DNA from: Stylophora pistillata
Lineage: Eukaryota
DNA length: 64,000 bases
Assembly (NCBI RefSeq): GCF_002571385.2
Contig: NW_019217844.1
Span: 528,240 to 592,239 of the forward strand
Direction: 5' to 3'
The position numbers and the translations under genes are program-made. Under the pieces are notes generated by a model. It saw only the letters and a program-made list of their open reading frames with translations. It ran no database searches and had not been told where the DNA came from. This document shows, one piece after another, positions 33,801 through 48,800 of the stretch (position 1 is the first letter of the stretch; every line of letters starts with the position of its first letter).

Positions 33801-36800
33801 ATTAGCGCTTGTTTGCTCGTTGCTGTCCGAAATGAAGAGTAAATTGACAAGGTTATCTCGAAACGTGTCTTTACATTGTGGTTTGAATAGTTTCATCACG
33901 ACATCAGTGAGCCAAATATTGAAAAGAAAAAATTCCAAGTCTTACAGAGTGAATTGTGAAGTAAGCTTAACTATGGCTACTTGTAGCAATAACATAAAGT
34001 AGAGATTCAAAGTTTCAATATAAATATTTTTAATTTAAAATTATCTGCAGATGCTTCGATACTTAACATGTAAATTACGGTTCTTTTGAAGGACACTCAA
34101 TACCTTCTCATAAATCACATACCACTGGGCGACACCAAACCCCCTGGTTACATAAACAGGCGACTGAAAACAACCATTCAAACCCCGGCTGACACAGCAG
34201 TCACTTGGAAGAAGAGCAACCCTAGAAGCCCCCGCGAAGCTGGTTTAACTAATAAGGTAGGTCATGTATGTTTCCTTAAAAAAATACAGTAAATGCATGC
34301 TGGAACATTTGCTTTCTCTATTAAATAAGGACTTTATGTAGTCAGAACAGCAACGCCCAGGAAAACGTAAATTAAAAAACTAATTTATATTTTCAGTTGA
34401 AATTTCTCGAACGGCCGGATCTGTTTACCGTTGCTTACGGCGCCACACCTCAACTTCAGCATAACGTATTCGTGCAGCGTTAACTTTGAAATGGAAACTA
34501 AAATAATTTTACGGCGGGGTTTCCATTCTCAGACCAAGCACAGCTTAGTAACGTTGTAGTTTTTCAGACGACGGCTAAGAAATGCGCAAAGTTTAAAACG
34601 CACGTGCTGAGCCATTGCTCTGCTCACTAGATCTTTTGTCTCGCCGCCTCCTCGATGCCGTCGTGGTTTGCTTAGGGCCCTCATCTCGCAATCGAGTGGG
34701 CATGTTCTTAAATGACTATTTCATCGAACAGTGTAACAAGTTCACCGTTATCGATAGCCTGTCAACTTAACTAGGCGATATGTCTTTCATGCTGAGGCTG
34801 CTGTAGCGCTAGGAGAATGTAAGTTTTCTTTCCGATCTGGGGTAAGTTTTGGCGATTGTGTGTATTTCCAGCTTTCATCAATGATTCAGCGGACATGTTC
34901 ACCACGAAACTAACTTATCATCCATGCATATGTATTCACACCTGCGCGCTAAAATGTTTTAGGCCTTTGCGCTTGTTCTGAAGAATCCCAGATGATAAGT
35001 TTGAAATCATGGATATGAAATAGGTTGTTGTTCCAATTGGACCTCGTTTGAATCTACAGTTGGGAGGTAGAAGTATTCCTAAGATTTAAGATTTTTTTTT
35101 CAGGAGTAAGTTTACTATAAAAGATTCTATATATATTATGAACAGTGCTGCCAGAATACAAACGAGAAACGTCTGACACCACGCCAACAACCATACCACT
35201 ACTACCACTTTTCAGCGCTCTGTATTATAACCAGTGCCTAACGACTATGAAAGTGACTGAAAAATCGTTAGCTAATCACATTTATAAGCATTAGGAGATT
35301 GAAAAACTGAAAACTAAAATGCAGGGATCAATCAGTACATAAGAGGGAAGCACGGTTGAATTTGTTGAAATGTCGCAGTGATTTTTTGTCACCGGCTAGC
35401 TTAGAAACACATTTATTTACATCACACTAGACAAGTACGTTCGCCATCTTCTTCTCTCCCTACAACGCTCCCTCGTGCTCCCTTAACTGGTCTAAACTGG
35501 TTTCTATGACGTCACGTTTCGCGTCACGCAATTGTCACGTCTTTCGTTCCGACAGAAACGAAGGTGAAAGAATACAGATAGAAGAAGGCCAGAAAGCGTG
35601 AACACACACCTTCCAATATCAGTCTAGTGATTCTCCTTTCTAGCCAACATACATTATCTAATGAATGAGTAAGGAGAATTGCTATGTTATCAAGATCATA
35701 TCCTTCACATGAATATTCTCACAACCTGTTTGCTGGGTTATGTACAGACGTACTTCGGAGAACTTACACATTAATGCAATACATATGATGTCGAGCCGGT
35801 GTATCTGGTATTTGATGACTCTCTCAATATTAATGAAATCATTTCAAACAATTTATTAATTGTAAAAAAAGGCCAAGGCCATTTATGGCGGTAATTACAC
35901 CAGTAATGAAGTATTATCATTTCCCTGACAATGTCACCAGGTTCGATGACTTCTAAATTGCATCCTGTCCAACAATTTCAACAGTTTTCCCCTTCCACAA
36001 TTTTCCTATTTAATAAAATATCTTACACTTAGCAAAAAAAAAATGTAGAGGGCTACAAACCAATTGAACCATGCTTAGTTCAGATGAAACTTACGAGATA
36101 AAATCTGAATCAAAGGGTATTTGCTCTAAAACTCTTCCTACAGAGAATCTAAAAGAAGCCTCAGTCTTGCTCGCAGTTGACGTGTGCGATTTATACTACG
36201 CCCATAGTCCTGAAAGGTTATCCTCGAGTGCTGAAAACCCTTATCCAGACGATCACAGTAGCCAATCGTTTAAGCTATTACGCTTAAAAAATGGCGCATG
36301 ATTTGATCCATTCATATTTCGTGATTATGAAACAAGTGTGAATGTTAATCACGCTACCCTGATGTAAAGGTATTAGGTAAAGTGACGAAGTCTTTCTTTG
36401 TTCCGCTATGGGCCACATAAATTAACAACTTTTGGAGGCGGCCGAACATCTCAAAGCAAAGGGGCCGACTTCAAGCACCTGAACGAGCACAGCTTACAGA
36501 GTTAATCACTTAAATTATAAAAACCACTAATTTCATGCCAACTACCCTCGCTGATTGTCATTCGCCGCTACGAGACCGAAGCAGTCGCAGGCTAAAATTC
36601 CACAGAGTAAGGGTAAATAAGCTAAAGGTTGGTGAGATAACTGGACGCATTTCCACATTCAATTTGTACCTTGAAAAGCTTTTTTTTCGTTTTTGTTGTT
36701 GTCTTTTAAACTTAATCAAGCATTCTATGGTGGTGTGTGTGGTAAACTATGACAATCTTTTCTGTGACAAATTTTCGGTGAAGAAAATGACATGCTAATC

Positions 36801-39800
36801 TATCAAGAACGAAATTTGCCATTGACCAAAGATAGGGGGCTACTTTAAGGGGAACTACACTTCCGTTAGTTTTCCTTGACGAAAAGTATTGACGAAAAGT
36901 ATGTTTTCTTTAATTTTCTATTGTATAGCGAAAAAAAAAAAAAACGTTTACAGGTGCCCTTCACAAGGAAACCTAGTTGGTGGAAATGTCATGGATCAAC
37001 GTACACTCCGGCTGTAGCTATGACAGTTATGCGAAAACTGAAACACGATCTTCTTCTCTATGGTAGAAGAACGTTGGCTAGCTAACAAGGGACAAGCGTA
37101 TAGAGATTAGTTGATACGTATACAGATTTGAAATATTTACCGACACATGCACGCATTATACAAAGGATGTCGACTGACAGAAGAGAAAAAAACCAAACGT
37201 TTTGTCATTCAATCCCACAACGAAAATATCAACAACAAATTAATTACTCACGCTAAAACTAAAAAAAAAAAATTAATAAATAAGACTTAAAACGGAAAGT
37301 TGAAAAATGCAGAGTTAATTATCACTTTAAAAAAGCATGTGGAATTTCCATTTTTTAATTGAAATAACAAGGTATAGTTGTTTTGGTTTGCAATTAGAAC
37401 TTTTTTGCGTTTCATTTCACTGAAATTAAGTTTCAAAATCATAAATAAATAACAACTTCGGCGTGATCAGTCTTAAGCTTAGGATTCTCTACTACCTATA
37501 TTTATTGACTTTAGAAAGTAAACTCGACTAAAAACGTCTTTTATCCAATCATTATTCGCAAAATATGCCAAATTCGAACAAAAAAGGAAAGCATGCAGAG
37601 ACGATTACATTTCGTGAAAGAAAATTTAAGTTCGCCGAATCCCTCACCGTAGGAGAGTAACCAACATCTGGTAAAATGAATGTTCAGTCTCACGAGTAAA
37701 TACGGAAAATATTCCCCAGTCGCATGAGTAGATACGGAAAATGTTACCCACATCAAAATCACACGAGGCTCCATTCTAATCTGAACTGACATGGTGTTCT
37801 ACTCGAAGTATTATTATTAATAGTTGCTACTGAACGTGATCAGTTTTCAACATATCCTAACTTTTCGCCAGCAAAGATAAAATTAAACAACCGTCGTTTT
37901 ACGAATTACACCGACACATTTGCATAATGCTAACGAAATGACAGATAGGGCAAAAAGATTAGCTATGACGTAATAAATGAAGATGGAATTTCAATTTTTG
38001 CGGACTTTTCCTCAAAACATCTTTTTCCCCGACTCCAATTCAGACTGATTATTTTCCCCTGGCCCTAACGGAATTTCAACTTCAATAATTTCATGACTTT
38101 TGGTAACCGAGGTGTTATGGTCGAATATGAAGTTCGTGCAAACCAGATCACGTCTTCAAGGTGGAGCCAAGATAAAATCAACCTGAACATGGAATATTTA
38201 GTGCTGGTCGCGCTGTGTACTCTGCGTGCCACTTGCTTAACCAACAGCGCAACGCAATAACTCTATTGTTGCAAATGTTTATGGTAAACTTTTTGATTTA
38301 CAAGAGTCGTATCACTGCAGGGAGGCAAATCATTACAAGTGAAGAGAAGGAGGGATTCACGGGAATCAGTGAGTCACAAAAAGAAAAGAAAAACCTTAAA
38401 TTGTCCGGGGCAATTTGAGTTATTTAGCGAGCTAAGGGTGGAGATCGCACAAGACAACGTCTCAGTGAGTTGAGAAACAATCTTTTATAATTATTCTTAA
38501 TTTCTATAGACACTGCCGACAACCAATGATTAAAAAAATTAAGGCTTTGTGTTCATTACACAACAAGTTATACCACACTGAGCTGTCCATAAACACCAAA
38601 AGAAGAATCTTACAAAAATATAACGGAAATCACACGAAAAATAATATCGAAGATAACATGATTTCATATCTTACAAAGATTGTTACACCGAATCTAATGA
38701 AATGGTTTCGGTACTTTATCCTCTGAGGAAGGGATTAGCCTTAGGCGTTTGGCTTTGGACGTTTTTGTTTTTACTTTTGTGTATTACATTTTTTTTTAAC
38801 ATGATGTGTTAAAAATTGCTTTATGTTTCTGCTCACATTCTAGCTTTATGCAAACCCGCAACCAGCTTCGAAACTTTTCATTATCTTCTGACTCGCCGCG
38901 ATACCGTAACTCAAGTCTTTGCTGACTGACATTTCGCACAAGTTATGTACCTACTCTAGATTTCAATTACTTTTCTTCTAGAGAATTCCTAAGATAACAA
39001 GTACTTTACATGAGAAACACGCTGAGACAGGAAAGAAGAGGTACTCGTTTCTTTGACAGAAATATATTGCAGCGCAATAAATAACTGTAGATGATCACGA
39101 AAGATATTAGCAATTTCATATTCCACTTTGTAGAAATGACAATCAATTTTCAATTGTCAAGTTCAGTTTAAGAGAAAAGCGGAAAAGTAAATACAACATA
39201 CATCTGTTGAATTGACGCTGTGAGAGCTGATTGAGATTGTGGCTGGAAATTTCAATATATTGGATAGTTTGAAGTTCATGTAAAAGGTATATATTTTATG
39301 GAATATGAACCACCGTTAACTAGGTGTCGCAAAAGAAATCTAAAACTTAGGAACAACAATTGTATCAATGAACCACTTTCAATTTAATCGTATAAGAATC
39401 TGATATAAAGAGGTAAGACTCAGATATTCGAAAGTAAGATTGCTCACGCTAAGACGAAGTCAACCTCCAAGGTTCTTTAGAAGTTCAAGACAAAATTTTC
39501 TCATAGACTGTTTTGAAAAAAGCTTTTGCGCTAGAAATATTGTTTCATTCCTTAACGCAAAAATATTTTACCCTCTTCATATAAGCTAATATTTCAAGGG
39601 ACTAAGAGACTTAAGGTCGTCGGAGCTCAGCAACAAGAGTTGCAAACCACAGTATTTCGAGGGGCATTTTTCGTTAACGACGGTCGACTTTTGGATTCCT
39701 TACAATCGGTGAATAATCAGTTGAAGGGAGAAATCTGTATTGGATCTTTGTGGCCATTTAAGCGTAAAAAAGTACGAATAGAGGTCGATCCTCAGTTCAT

Positions 39801-42800
39801 GTCCAGCGCTCTTCTATTTATGAAACAATTCAACTGTTACAGAGTAGTAACAATTCCCACGTACAGAGTCTTTCATGTGTTCTCTGTTTCGCTCGCCTGT
39901 TTCATTGGTTGTTCACTTTTTCTCTTTCATCGAAAAAGCACCAGAGAAGGGATTGACCAACTGGAAAAAGGAGGCGGTCATCATAAACCAACTAAAAGAT
40001 TCTCTCACCAGCCACCAGTACATTTGGTGAGCATCTTGCTCAGTGCGCGACTTTGATGCATAACTTAGTATGCGTAGTGCGGGTGCACAATAGCAACAAG
40101 GGGCAGGAATCAACTAGGGGATATTGTTTGGGTCAAACTCCAAATTCTCCGGACTAGCCGACGAAGAAATGTGAAATCATCAGATAAGAGAGCAAGCTTT
40201 TACATCTTGGTAGTGAAAGAATTACATTTTCCCTCCTACATGACTGTTTCATATATATTAACTCGATTTTTTAATTCATAAACGTATCACAGGCGTTAAG
40301 CAAGGTTTTGTTGCAGAATAATAGCCGCAATTGATGCGTCTTGAAAAGTTAGATCAAATGGTCAAGATTCATGACAAAATTCCTCCGATATTTTTTCCCG
40401 CAATTATGCATATCAATACTTATCCAACGCCGGGAAAAAAAAAAGACAGCCAATTATGGAGTAATATAACCAGTATATACTGACGCACATGATTGTTTGA
40501 TACTTTTTAAATCGTGTAGTTGAACGGAGACGATTCTAAGATAGAAAAATAATACTTTATGTCATATCCTGAGGACAACACAGATATTTACCTATAGAGG
40601 AACCAATGCAAACCCGCTGCACATGAAAATACTACGAACAATTTCCTCTTTCAAACACCAGAAAACCTCTTGCGACAAAATTAAAATGCTGCTGTACTAT
40701 AGTTAGTGACACAACAACTTGATGATTGATTTCGTATAGAAGCTCGGACAGAAATTACATCTATAGGAAAATCAAGAATTTGAAAAAACTTCCTCTTCGA
40801 GTGACGTCATTCGTAAAGTTACCCTGAATTTTCATAACATTGGAAACGATGTCACGATATCTTCAGTCGTTTTTGAGATAAGATAGAAAGAAACCTCGTA
40901 AAGAAGAGAAGCCCCAAAGTGGCAAAAAAGCCAAAGGGGTACTGGCGCGAAGAGAGGCCAAAGGACAGCCTTAAAAAATGAATGCCAAATTTTTCACTAC
41001 AGACAAACCGTGNGNANNNCCNTNNAAANNNNAANNGAAACCTCACACCATGAAAAAAAAGTGCTTGGCTAAAGTGTACAATAACAAATATTGTGAAAGA
41101 TTTCCTTTCCGGAACACGTTTCAGACATCCACGTTATTTGTTGCTTAAGTTCAAATTCAAAAACTTGTGCTGAAATTTCCTGATTTGGAAAGCAACATAA
41201 TTCCGAAAGTCAAAATAACCCACCGTAATGTATTACTTTTAAAATGATCCTCAAATTTAGAAACCCGTTTTCCTTTCACATGCAGAGATCAAAACTAAAA
41301 CAGGAACGCTACTCGGCGACTCAACCTGCCCTAAGCCTTTTAAATTAAAATGAAAACATAAGTCTACCCTAATGTAATTCGTTGACGCCACATCTTAGAT
41401 AATATTACCACATTCCTTATAAGTACTCGTTCATAAAATTGAACTATCATCTGATACAAATACATTTTTTCGTAGAATAGTGCACTCAAGAACTAACTCA
41501 CAGCGCTCTTACGCGTACAAGAATAATCGATCTCTACATGTTGGTAAGTGACCAATTATTTTATCACGTCTGTTAAAAATCTTTGAAGTAAAGTAATGGC
41601 TAAAGAAACAGAGGGCCCGTTTTGAAAAATTGTTGTCTTTAAACATGTTTTGAAGTTAATTTTACTTCACACCGATTTGCGATCAGATCCATATTCTATA
41701 GAGCTTAGGTTGGCTATGACTATTGAAATTTCGTTTTAATCTTCTTTTATTAATATCGTAAGGCTTCCCCTTCGTGGTTCCAATCACAAAGTAAACAAAA
41801 TATTAGAAGCTATCGGGGGGAATCACAAAATGAGGCAGTTTTCTCATTATGGCTGCAGCTTGTCAGAAAGACGTCAGTCGAGTACGATGACCTTTTACTT
41901 TTTACAACATATTTTTATCCGTTCATAAAAAAGATAAAAAACCAGTAGGTAAAGGAAGACAATTTCGTAACGCAGCTTAAATATAACTCGGCTTCAATCA
42001 GTGTTACCCACCTTGAAGTAAACTCGACTCAGCAGTTTCTGTCACTCCATACAACAAACATACGAATCGATTTACACCGGACAAGAATCAACAATTCTGT
42101 TGTCATTCTTAACTCATGTAAGCAATCTTACCTCGACTTGTTGCCAAAGCGCATTCCAGAATTTCGTGTTGATCCGGTTTTTCCAGTTTCTCCTGATTGG
42201 AGATTTCCACAGTGAAAGAGCTGACAGGGGAGCGCTATAAGTGAAGAAAAACAGTTGAACCAAAGATGCAAATGAGATAGTAGTTGACTCAACTGGAAAT
42301 TTCCCTTCAACTCTCCAAAAATTTCCCACAATCATCCAATACCAGATAAATCGTTTCCAAAGTTTCCAGGAGATCACGTTTCACAAAGACTCACTTTAAC
42401 TTTAATTCTGAGTTAGAAACATTGACATATAAGGTACGCGTGTACGTGGCACTGATAATTTTTCAAAATTATCACTAGAATTCATGAGCAAACAACATCA
42501 CTAGTAAAAAAATTAGCCGTACAGCATATTTTTAATCCTTAAACTCCCATGACTGACCAAGACTGAATTTCTCCGCGTGACGATACCATAACAATATCGG
42601 GCAGACAAGTGAGGAGCCCCCCTTACGGAAAAAAGAAAAATATCTTATAGGGAATTACAAGTTGATCCAATACCAAATTCTCTGAAGTAATATCATCAGA
42701 CTTGTATGGCAGACAGTAAGTAGAATTTACTAACGACATTTTGGTGGTGAAAGGGTTTAACTCATTCGTCCAGAGGATAAGGTCTTCACATCGCTCATGA

Positions 42801-45800
42801 AAAGCTTGGGGGAGCAAAGAGTCGTGTTTAATCTCAATCCTAATCCAATAACTTTCATTGATTTTCAGTGATGGTATAACAAAATAAATCAATCGATTAT
42901 TATTTCATACCCATAAAAGAAGTATACGATAAATCTGTTACTTTCAAGCCTGAAACACGAACTCTGTGCCCATCAATTCTCAAGGAGTCTTGTTCAAGGC
43001 CAAAAATTGCCAAGGTCAATGTCAAAACTTTTTTCATCGACCTTCAAACTTTCTCATTAGTGCCAGAACTCAAGATCTCTTAATTATTGGCAACAAAGTT
43101 TTGATAAACTTTTAAGGAAAGCTCCTTGGCACATTTGCGCTATTAAAAGCTGAGTTTGTTTGTTTAACTCTGCAAGTAAGCTGTCAACTTAATTAAAAAT
43201 TTGTATGAAATTTAAAAACATATGTCTTTTTCAGCTGCTTCCTTCAGACAAACGAAAACGGGGCATAAAGAAGGGTGTTTCTGTGATTTTCTGAAAATCC
43301 TTGTTTTGTTTTGTCGTTGTTTTTTTTCAATTGAAGTGTTCAATGCAATGAAAGTTTATACACCATTCAAGATATACCTTAAAAGCTTTCTCTGCGGAAG
43401 AAACTGAGGACACTTAAAATTTCACTTAAAACTGCGTCAAAAGGAAACAAAAAGGGAAAAAAATTGTAAAAGATATCAATGAACAGTGCTTAGATTTCAC
43501 CTTGTATAAGTAAGACCCTAGAATTGAGACAGCCAAAAGTGAGCCGGATCCTTAATCAGCAACAAAACAAATAAAAAACGGACGTTTGATTAAAAAAACA
43601 AAAAAAGAAAGAACAAAGCATTCAATATCCCTTCATTCTTCGCACTCAGCTAAGCCTCGTGTAAACTCTTTGCATTCCTGATTGCAGGAAAAAACACACG
43701 ATCACACAAAAGCTTGGATCGACTCTTCGACCGTTATATTGAACTTGATAATCATACAATAATCATCACTTTCAATGACGTGTAATCTGGTACTAAAAAC
43801 ACCGGAAAATCTCGGGATTTGTGTAATTTGCGTCATCAGACTGAGAGTGTAACAAAACACAATTTCCTGCCAGGGAAAGTACTACCGATGAGATTCAAAA
43901 CGAGGCTAAACATTGCACGTTTCAAACGAATAGTGTCGTGTGCCAAACATAAGTCTACCGTAATGTGATTCGTTCACGGCACATCCTGAGATAATCTTGC
44001 CATAATCCTTATAAGTACTCGTTCATAATTACGCCAACCTGAATAATACGGCTACGCAATCTCGAATCGAAGATGTTAGAGCAACATTAATTTTATTGTG
44101 TGAGCGAGCTCTGAAACAGAGAACTTTGTGGGGTAAGGATTACTTTTGTTCTTTTTGTTTTCTTAGGAAAAAGCCAATTACAAAGAAAGAAAAAAAATTG
44201 AAATATTCTCGTGGAATTTCGCTCTAATACAATAGAAAAACTGCATATAGTTTAAGCCTATTAGCTTATGAAATGTCGTTGAAGGTGAATATTTAAAGAA
44301 GAGCTGAACGAATCATTTTATATTCCGAAAAACGAGAAGAGAGTACGGTGAAGTGAAAAGAAAAGAACACAACTCTGAGGAAAGCCTCAAGAAGAGCGGA
44401 AACAAAAACTCTCCCTTTCAATTTTAACCACGAAAAAATTTTCTTCGTTCTGCGCGGAAAAAAAAAACAAAAAAAAAAAACAGACGAAGTTGCAACCTAT
44501 TACAACGGTAGGTCAAATTTTACAACCTCACGCGCGCTCGGCTGGCCAAAACTGAAGCAACACGAATATGGAAACGGTGACAAACATCCGTCGACCTACT
44601 TATCCATCAGAGGTGTTCATTTCCGTACTCGTGGATGATTAAGAGGACAGCGACGATGATAACTAAGATAAGGAGGCGTAACAAGACAATAATGATATCG
44701 ATAACACTAATAATAATAATGATGATGATGTTGATGCTGACTTAGTAGATACATTAAAACGACTACACGTGAAAAAGAAAAAAGAAAAAAGAAAAACAAG
44801 AAACGGAAAATCAAACCAAATAACTGATGTAACATACCGTGCGTTCATCTCTTGAAATCGACCTCTCGTCGAGTCTGGTATTAACACCCCCTAAATACTT
44901 CGCTTGCTTCTCGTCCAGAGTTTTGATAGTTGGGAAGATCTTTATGTCTTCATAGGACGCCTGGAGGGAAAAAAAGGTTATGAATAACTTGGCATCAATA
45001 AACGCTCTGCTACACAGAAATTTTCGAAAAAAAGTCTGAAAACCTGTGTCAGAAGGCACTTCACGGAGCTTCATTACAATCTTTCGAATGATATTTTGCT
45101 CTGTCTGTGCAAAACTATCGCCAACTTGCAGAAGATTGAAAAACATTTATCTAGTATTGAAACACAAAAAGAACAACAGGAAACCAAGGATGGCTGAGCA
45201 TGAGATATCACTTTCAAACCTCTCAGAAAGACGAACTTGATTCTGATAATATATGCAAAGAATATTGCTAATTACTGCACAAACGACCAATATTTGATTC
45301 TCACAGGTTCTCGTTTGGTTAAATGCGGATAAAGCCCTCTTTGCTGATCCAAGCCTTAGAGGCAGAATACCTTAAAAAGCTGATCTTTGTCGTAAGTGAC
45401 CCTTGCAGCTCTTTTCATGTACTGCATGATCTCCAGCGCGCATGACAACTGCAGCAGTGCCGACTGCTGGACTTTCAGTAGGCCTACGGCGATCCGAAAT
45501 AAAGCCTGAAAAATTTTACGAAGTTGGAAAGCAATCCTACATCACACTTATCATAGATTAATTCTACGACTAAATTCTACAAAAATGGTGTAAATGATTG
45601 AAAACAAAGGCATACTTTCAACGGAAACTAGAACCGAGAGAGAGGAGAACCTCTCGTAAAACAATTATTTACATTGGCAACTAAACTTCTACAATTATCA
45701 GCGGGTCAAGCATGTTATGCAGACGTGCGAGGGTAAATTTCAACTTTTATTGAAATAAACTTACCTCTCTTCCTTCAAAGACAAAACAATCCCAGATTCG

Positions 45801-48800
45801 CATAGCGGTCTGCAAAATTGAAACGGAAAATGTTGATAACTAAGAAGAAGAAAAAAACCACGAAACTGCGGGCGAAGAAAATATAAAGAACAAAATAGAG
45901 TACACCCGTTGAAGAACCTCGACTCTGTAGGATGATATCAAGATGATAACGTTTAAAATTTTTTCGATTAAAAGAAAAGTAAACAAAAGAGAAAAAGTGT
46001 CAAGGCGCTTTTTGATTAATTGTGGTTGAATACAAACCGCAGGATAAACAAAGTAAAATATCACAAGAGGTCCATGTGATAGTTCACCAGACTCACTAAG
46101 CGCGGAAAAACACGAGTGAACAAGTCCTGTCTGTAAGCTTTAATTCGATTGGTTGAGAAGATAGCGCGAATTTTTTTGTACCAACAAGAACACCGGATTC
46201 CATTCGACACTCGATTGAAAATTGGTCTAACTAGCAATCTTGTTAGATATTTCAGGGCTACCGTCGCAAGCTGGTTAAGAGTTTGTTGAGTTTGTTGACT
46301 GGAATGATAAACTGGTATCCCATTTTTGCTGTGCAATTTCCCTACTTGTTTCAGAGGGAGTAGGAAGCGGAAGGAGCGTTTTTTCAATTTTAATACATAA
46401 CTATCGTGAAAAATCTCAATAGTTTATCTTGATTTTTTTTTAAGATCATTATCTTAAAAGATAAAATAATTTTATTCCACAACTATTTCTTCCACACCCG
46501 GGGGTGATCAGAGTGTAAATTCGTCTTCCCATTTCAAGACGCAATCAAACAGACACGTAATGAAAAACAAGAAAATTATCAACTCAAGGATGTTACTTTA
46601 ACAAAACTAAATTCTCAGGAATTACCCACAAGCAATTGTATCATCGTCAGTTGGGAAAAAGCCTGAGACAACGTTGATCTCACAAGTGGTAGGATTGAAG
46701 ATCGAACCCGTAAGGAAATTTTCCCGGCGAAAATACAACAGAATTTTTTTTAATAAAATGATGTTTTGTTTTTTCTTTCCTTACCTCAAATGGCACAGCA
46801 TCGATGAAGATTGTAATAAACCAGTTGAATGTGACAGTGGAGATGTCAATTCCATAGTACTTCAGGTGTGCGTGTAAAGCTGGTAACGATTCACTCAGGA
46901 GTTCATTCAGAACAGACTACAACAATAAAGTAAGTGAAATGTCTTATAGACAATTTACGATCAGTTTTTAAAGGGGCTACGTCACTGTTGGTCAATCTCG
47001 AAAAAGTGGAATCTAAATTTTTGAAGTTCCAAATTTGCAACCCGTTGTAAACTTTACTATCCCAGGCTACCGTCGTTCAATTTCGGGTTTTTTACCGCTT
47101 CTGAAGCGTTTTCATATCTTATCACGCAATCATCACGTATTCTCTTTCACGTAGAAAGTTAGTTTTCCAAAGCGAGGACTATGAATCAAGACCCTGTGAA
47201 TCAAAATCACGCGACACAGCCCCTTAAAGATAAACTGCATTAAGTGTTAGTAAGAAAATCACAAAAAGCTTTCAGTTTCCCCGAGATCCCGGTTCCCAGC
47301 TTAAACTCCCCTTTAAATCTAAGCCTCTGGAAAGCATTCAAACGGCTTATTTGCTTATGTCTTTCGATTTATGATCCAAGCATATTTTTTGTTAAATACT
47401 TTCAAAGTGCACTGTCCGAATCACAAGGAAAATATCAACAATTATAATTCAAGAAGTTTGTGTACTCTTAAAGCCTATTCTAATATACTTATAAATGGTG
47501 TGACCTTCAAATGGCCATGCCATTATTTTCCACCTTTGTTTCCAATCGTCAAATGCTACTTTCATAGTAGCAAAATGACCTCATCATGACTCAGGGTTAA
47601 GGATTTTTTAAAACGTCAAATAAATAAATTGAGTAATAAATAAATAAGTGAATAAATTAATAAAATAAAATGATGAAATTCCAGCTCCCATTTTACTCCT
47701 GTAGAAGAATCAAATGGGGTTTATTAGTAAAGGAGCACATAAAGGATCATCGGCTAGTTCCGATAACCTCTGATTGTTTTATGATTGCGATCGTGTACGC
47801 ATAGATAAAATTCTTCCAAGAACTTTAATTTTCAATTGATAACATGCATAGCAAAGATATCTATAACCTGATCTGCCAAAGCTCCACTCAATGCTTTATC
47901 AAAATAGTTTTTAAGATAAACCTCTGAAACAGCGACAAAAGACCTGCAGAGCAATCAAAATAAACTTGACTTCTGTTTTGTCCCAATAAAAAAAAGTACC
48001 GTGAGAGCCAATTCCACTTTCTGTGCCAGAACGCGACTAGGAGTATAGTTATTCCTTTATTAAAACCCACCCTCCCACCAATTCGTACTGCATAGAGTCT
48101 TTCTCAGGGCCACAACACAATCACTCGACCAGAACTCACACCTAGACCTCTCTCGGCCAGGAGTCCAATACACTAACCATTGAGCCAGTGCGTCTCCCAA
48201 TGTCTTGTTTCTGCTTTGCGAAGCTATCAAAACCTGACGTGACTTCGTCATGCTTGTCGATCACTTTTTCCGAAGTTTAAGCAAACAGAAAAACAAGGTA
48301 ATTCCTCTCTTAGGTCCTACTACCAGTTACTTGGATTTTTTTACCTGCCAGGATCGATTATTACCAACGTCTATCTACAAAAAACAGTATAAGTTTTTGA
48401 AACCAAAGACAAAATACGAAAATATTAATTACCAAAAGGCGTCTTCTTCGTCCATAAAAAGAAGACACATGGCCACAATAAAATTCATCCCCTTAAAAAA
48501 AAAAAACATTGGATAATTTGCATGGCCAAATCCAAGATAGTCATGCAAGGTTGAGTGAAATATCCATGTTATACTAACACTTACACTTTGTTTAAACAAA
48601 CAAAATATAATTGCAATAGTCTTCTAAGGGAGACAGATGCACTCCTGAAGACAGAATTATAAAAAAAGATTATCGTAAGCGAAGTTGTGGTACGAGCGCC
48701 CCATTACCCAAACTGACTCACTTGCCTACAAGAGATGAACCTTCCACTTCACGGAACACACCAGCTGAAGTGATGTTGAAACGAATTGGTAACGCTTGAT

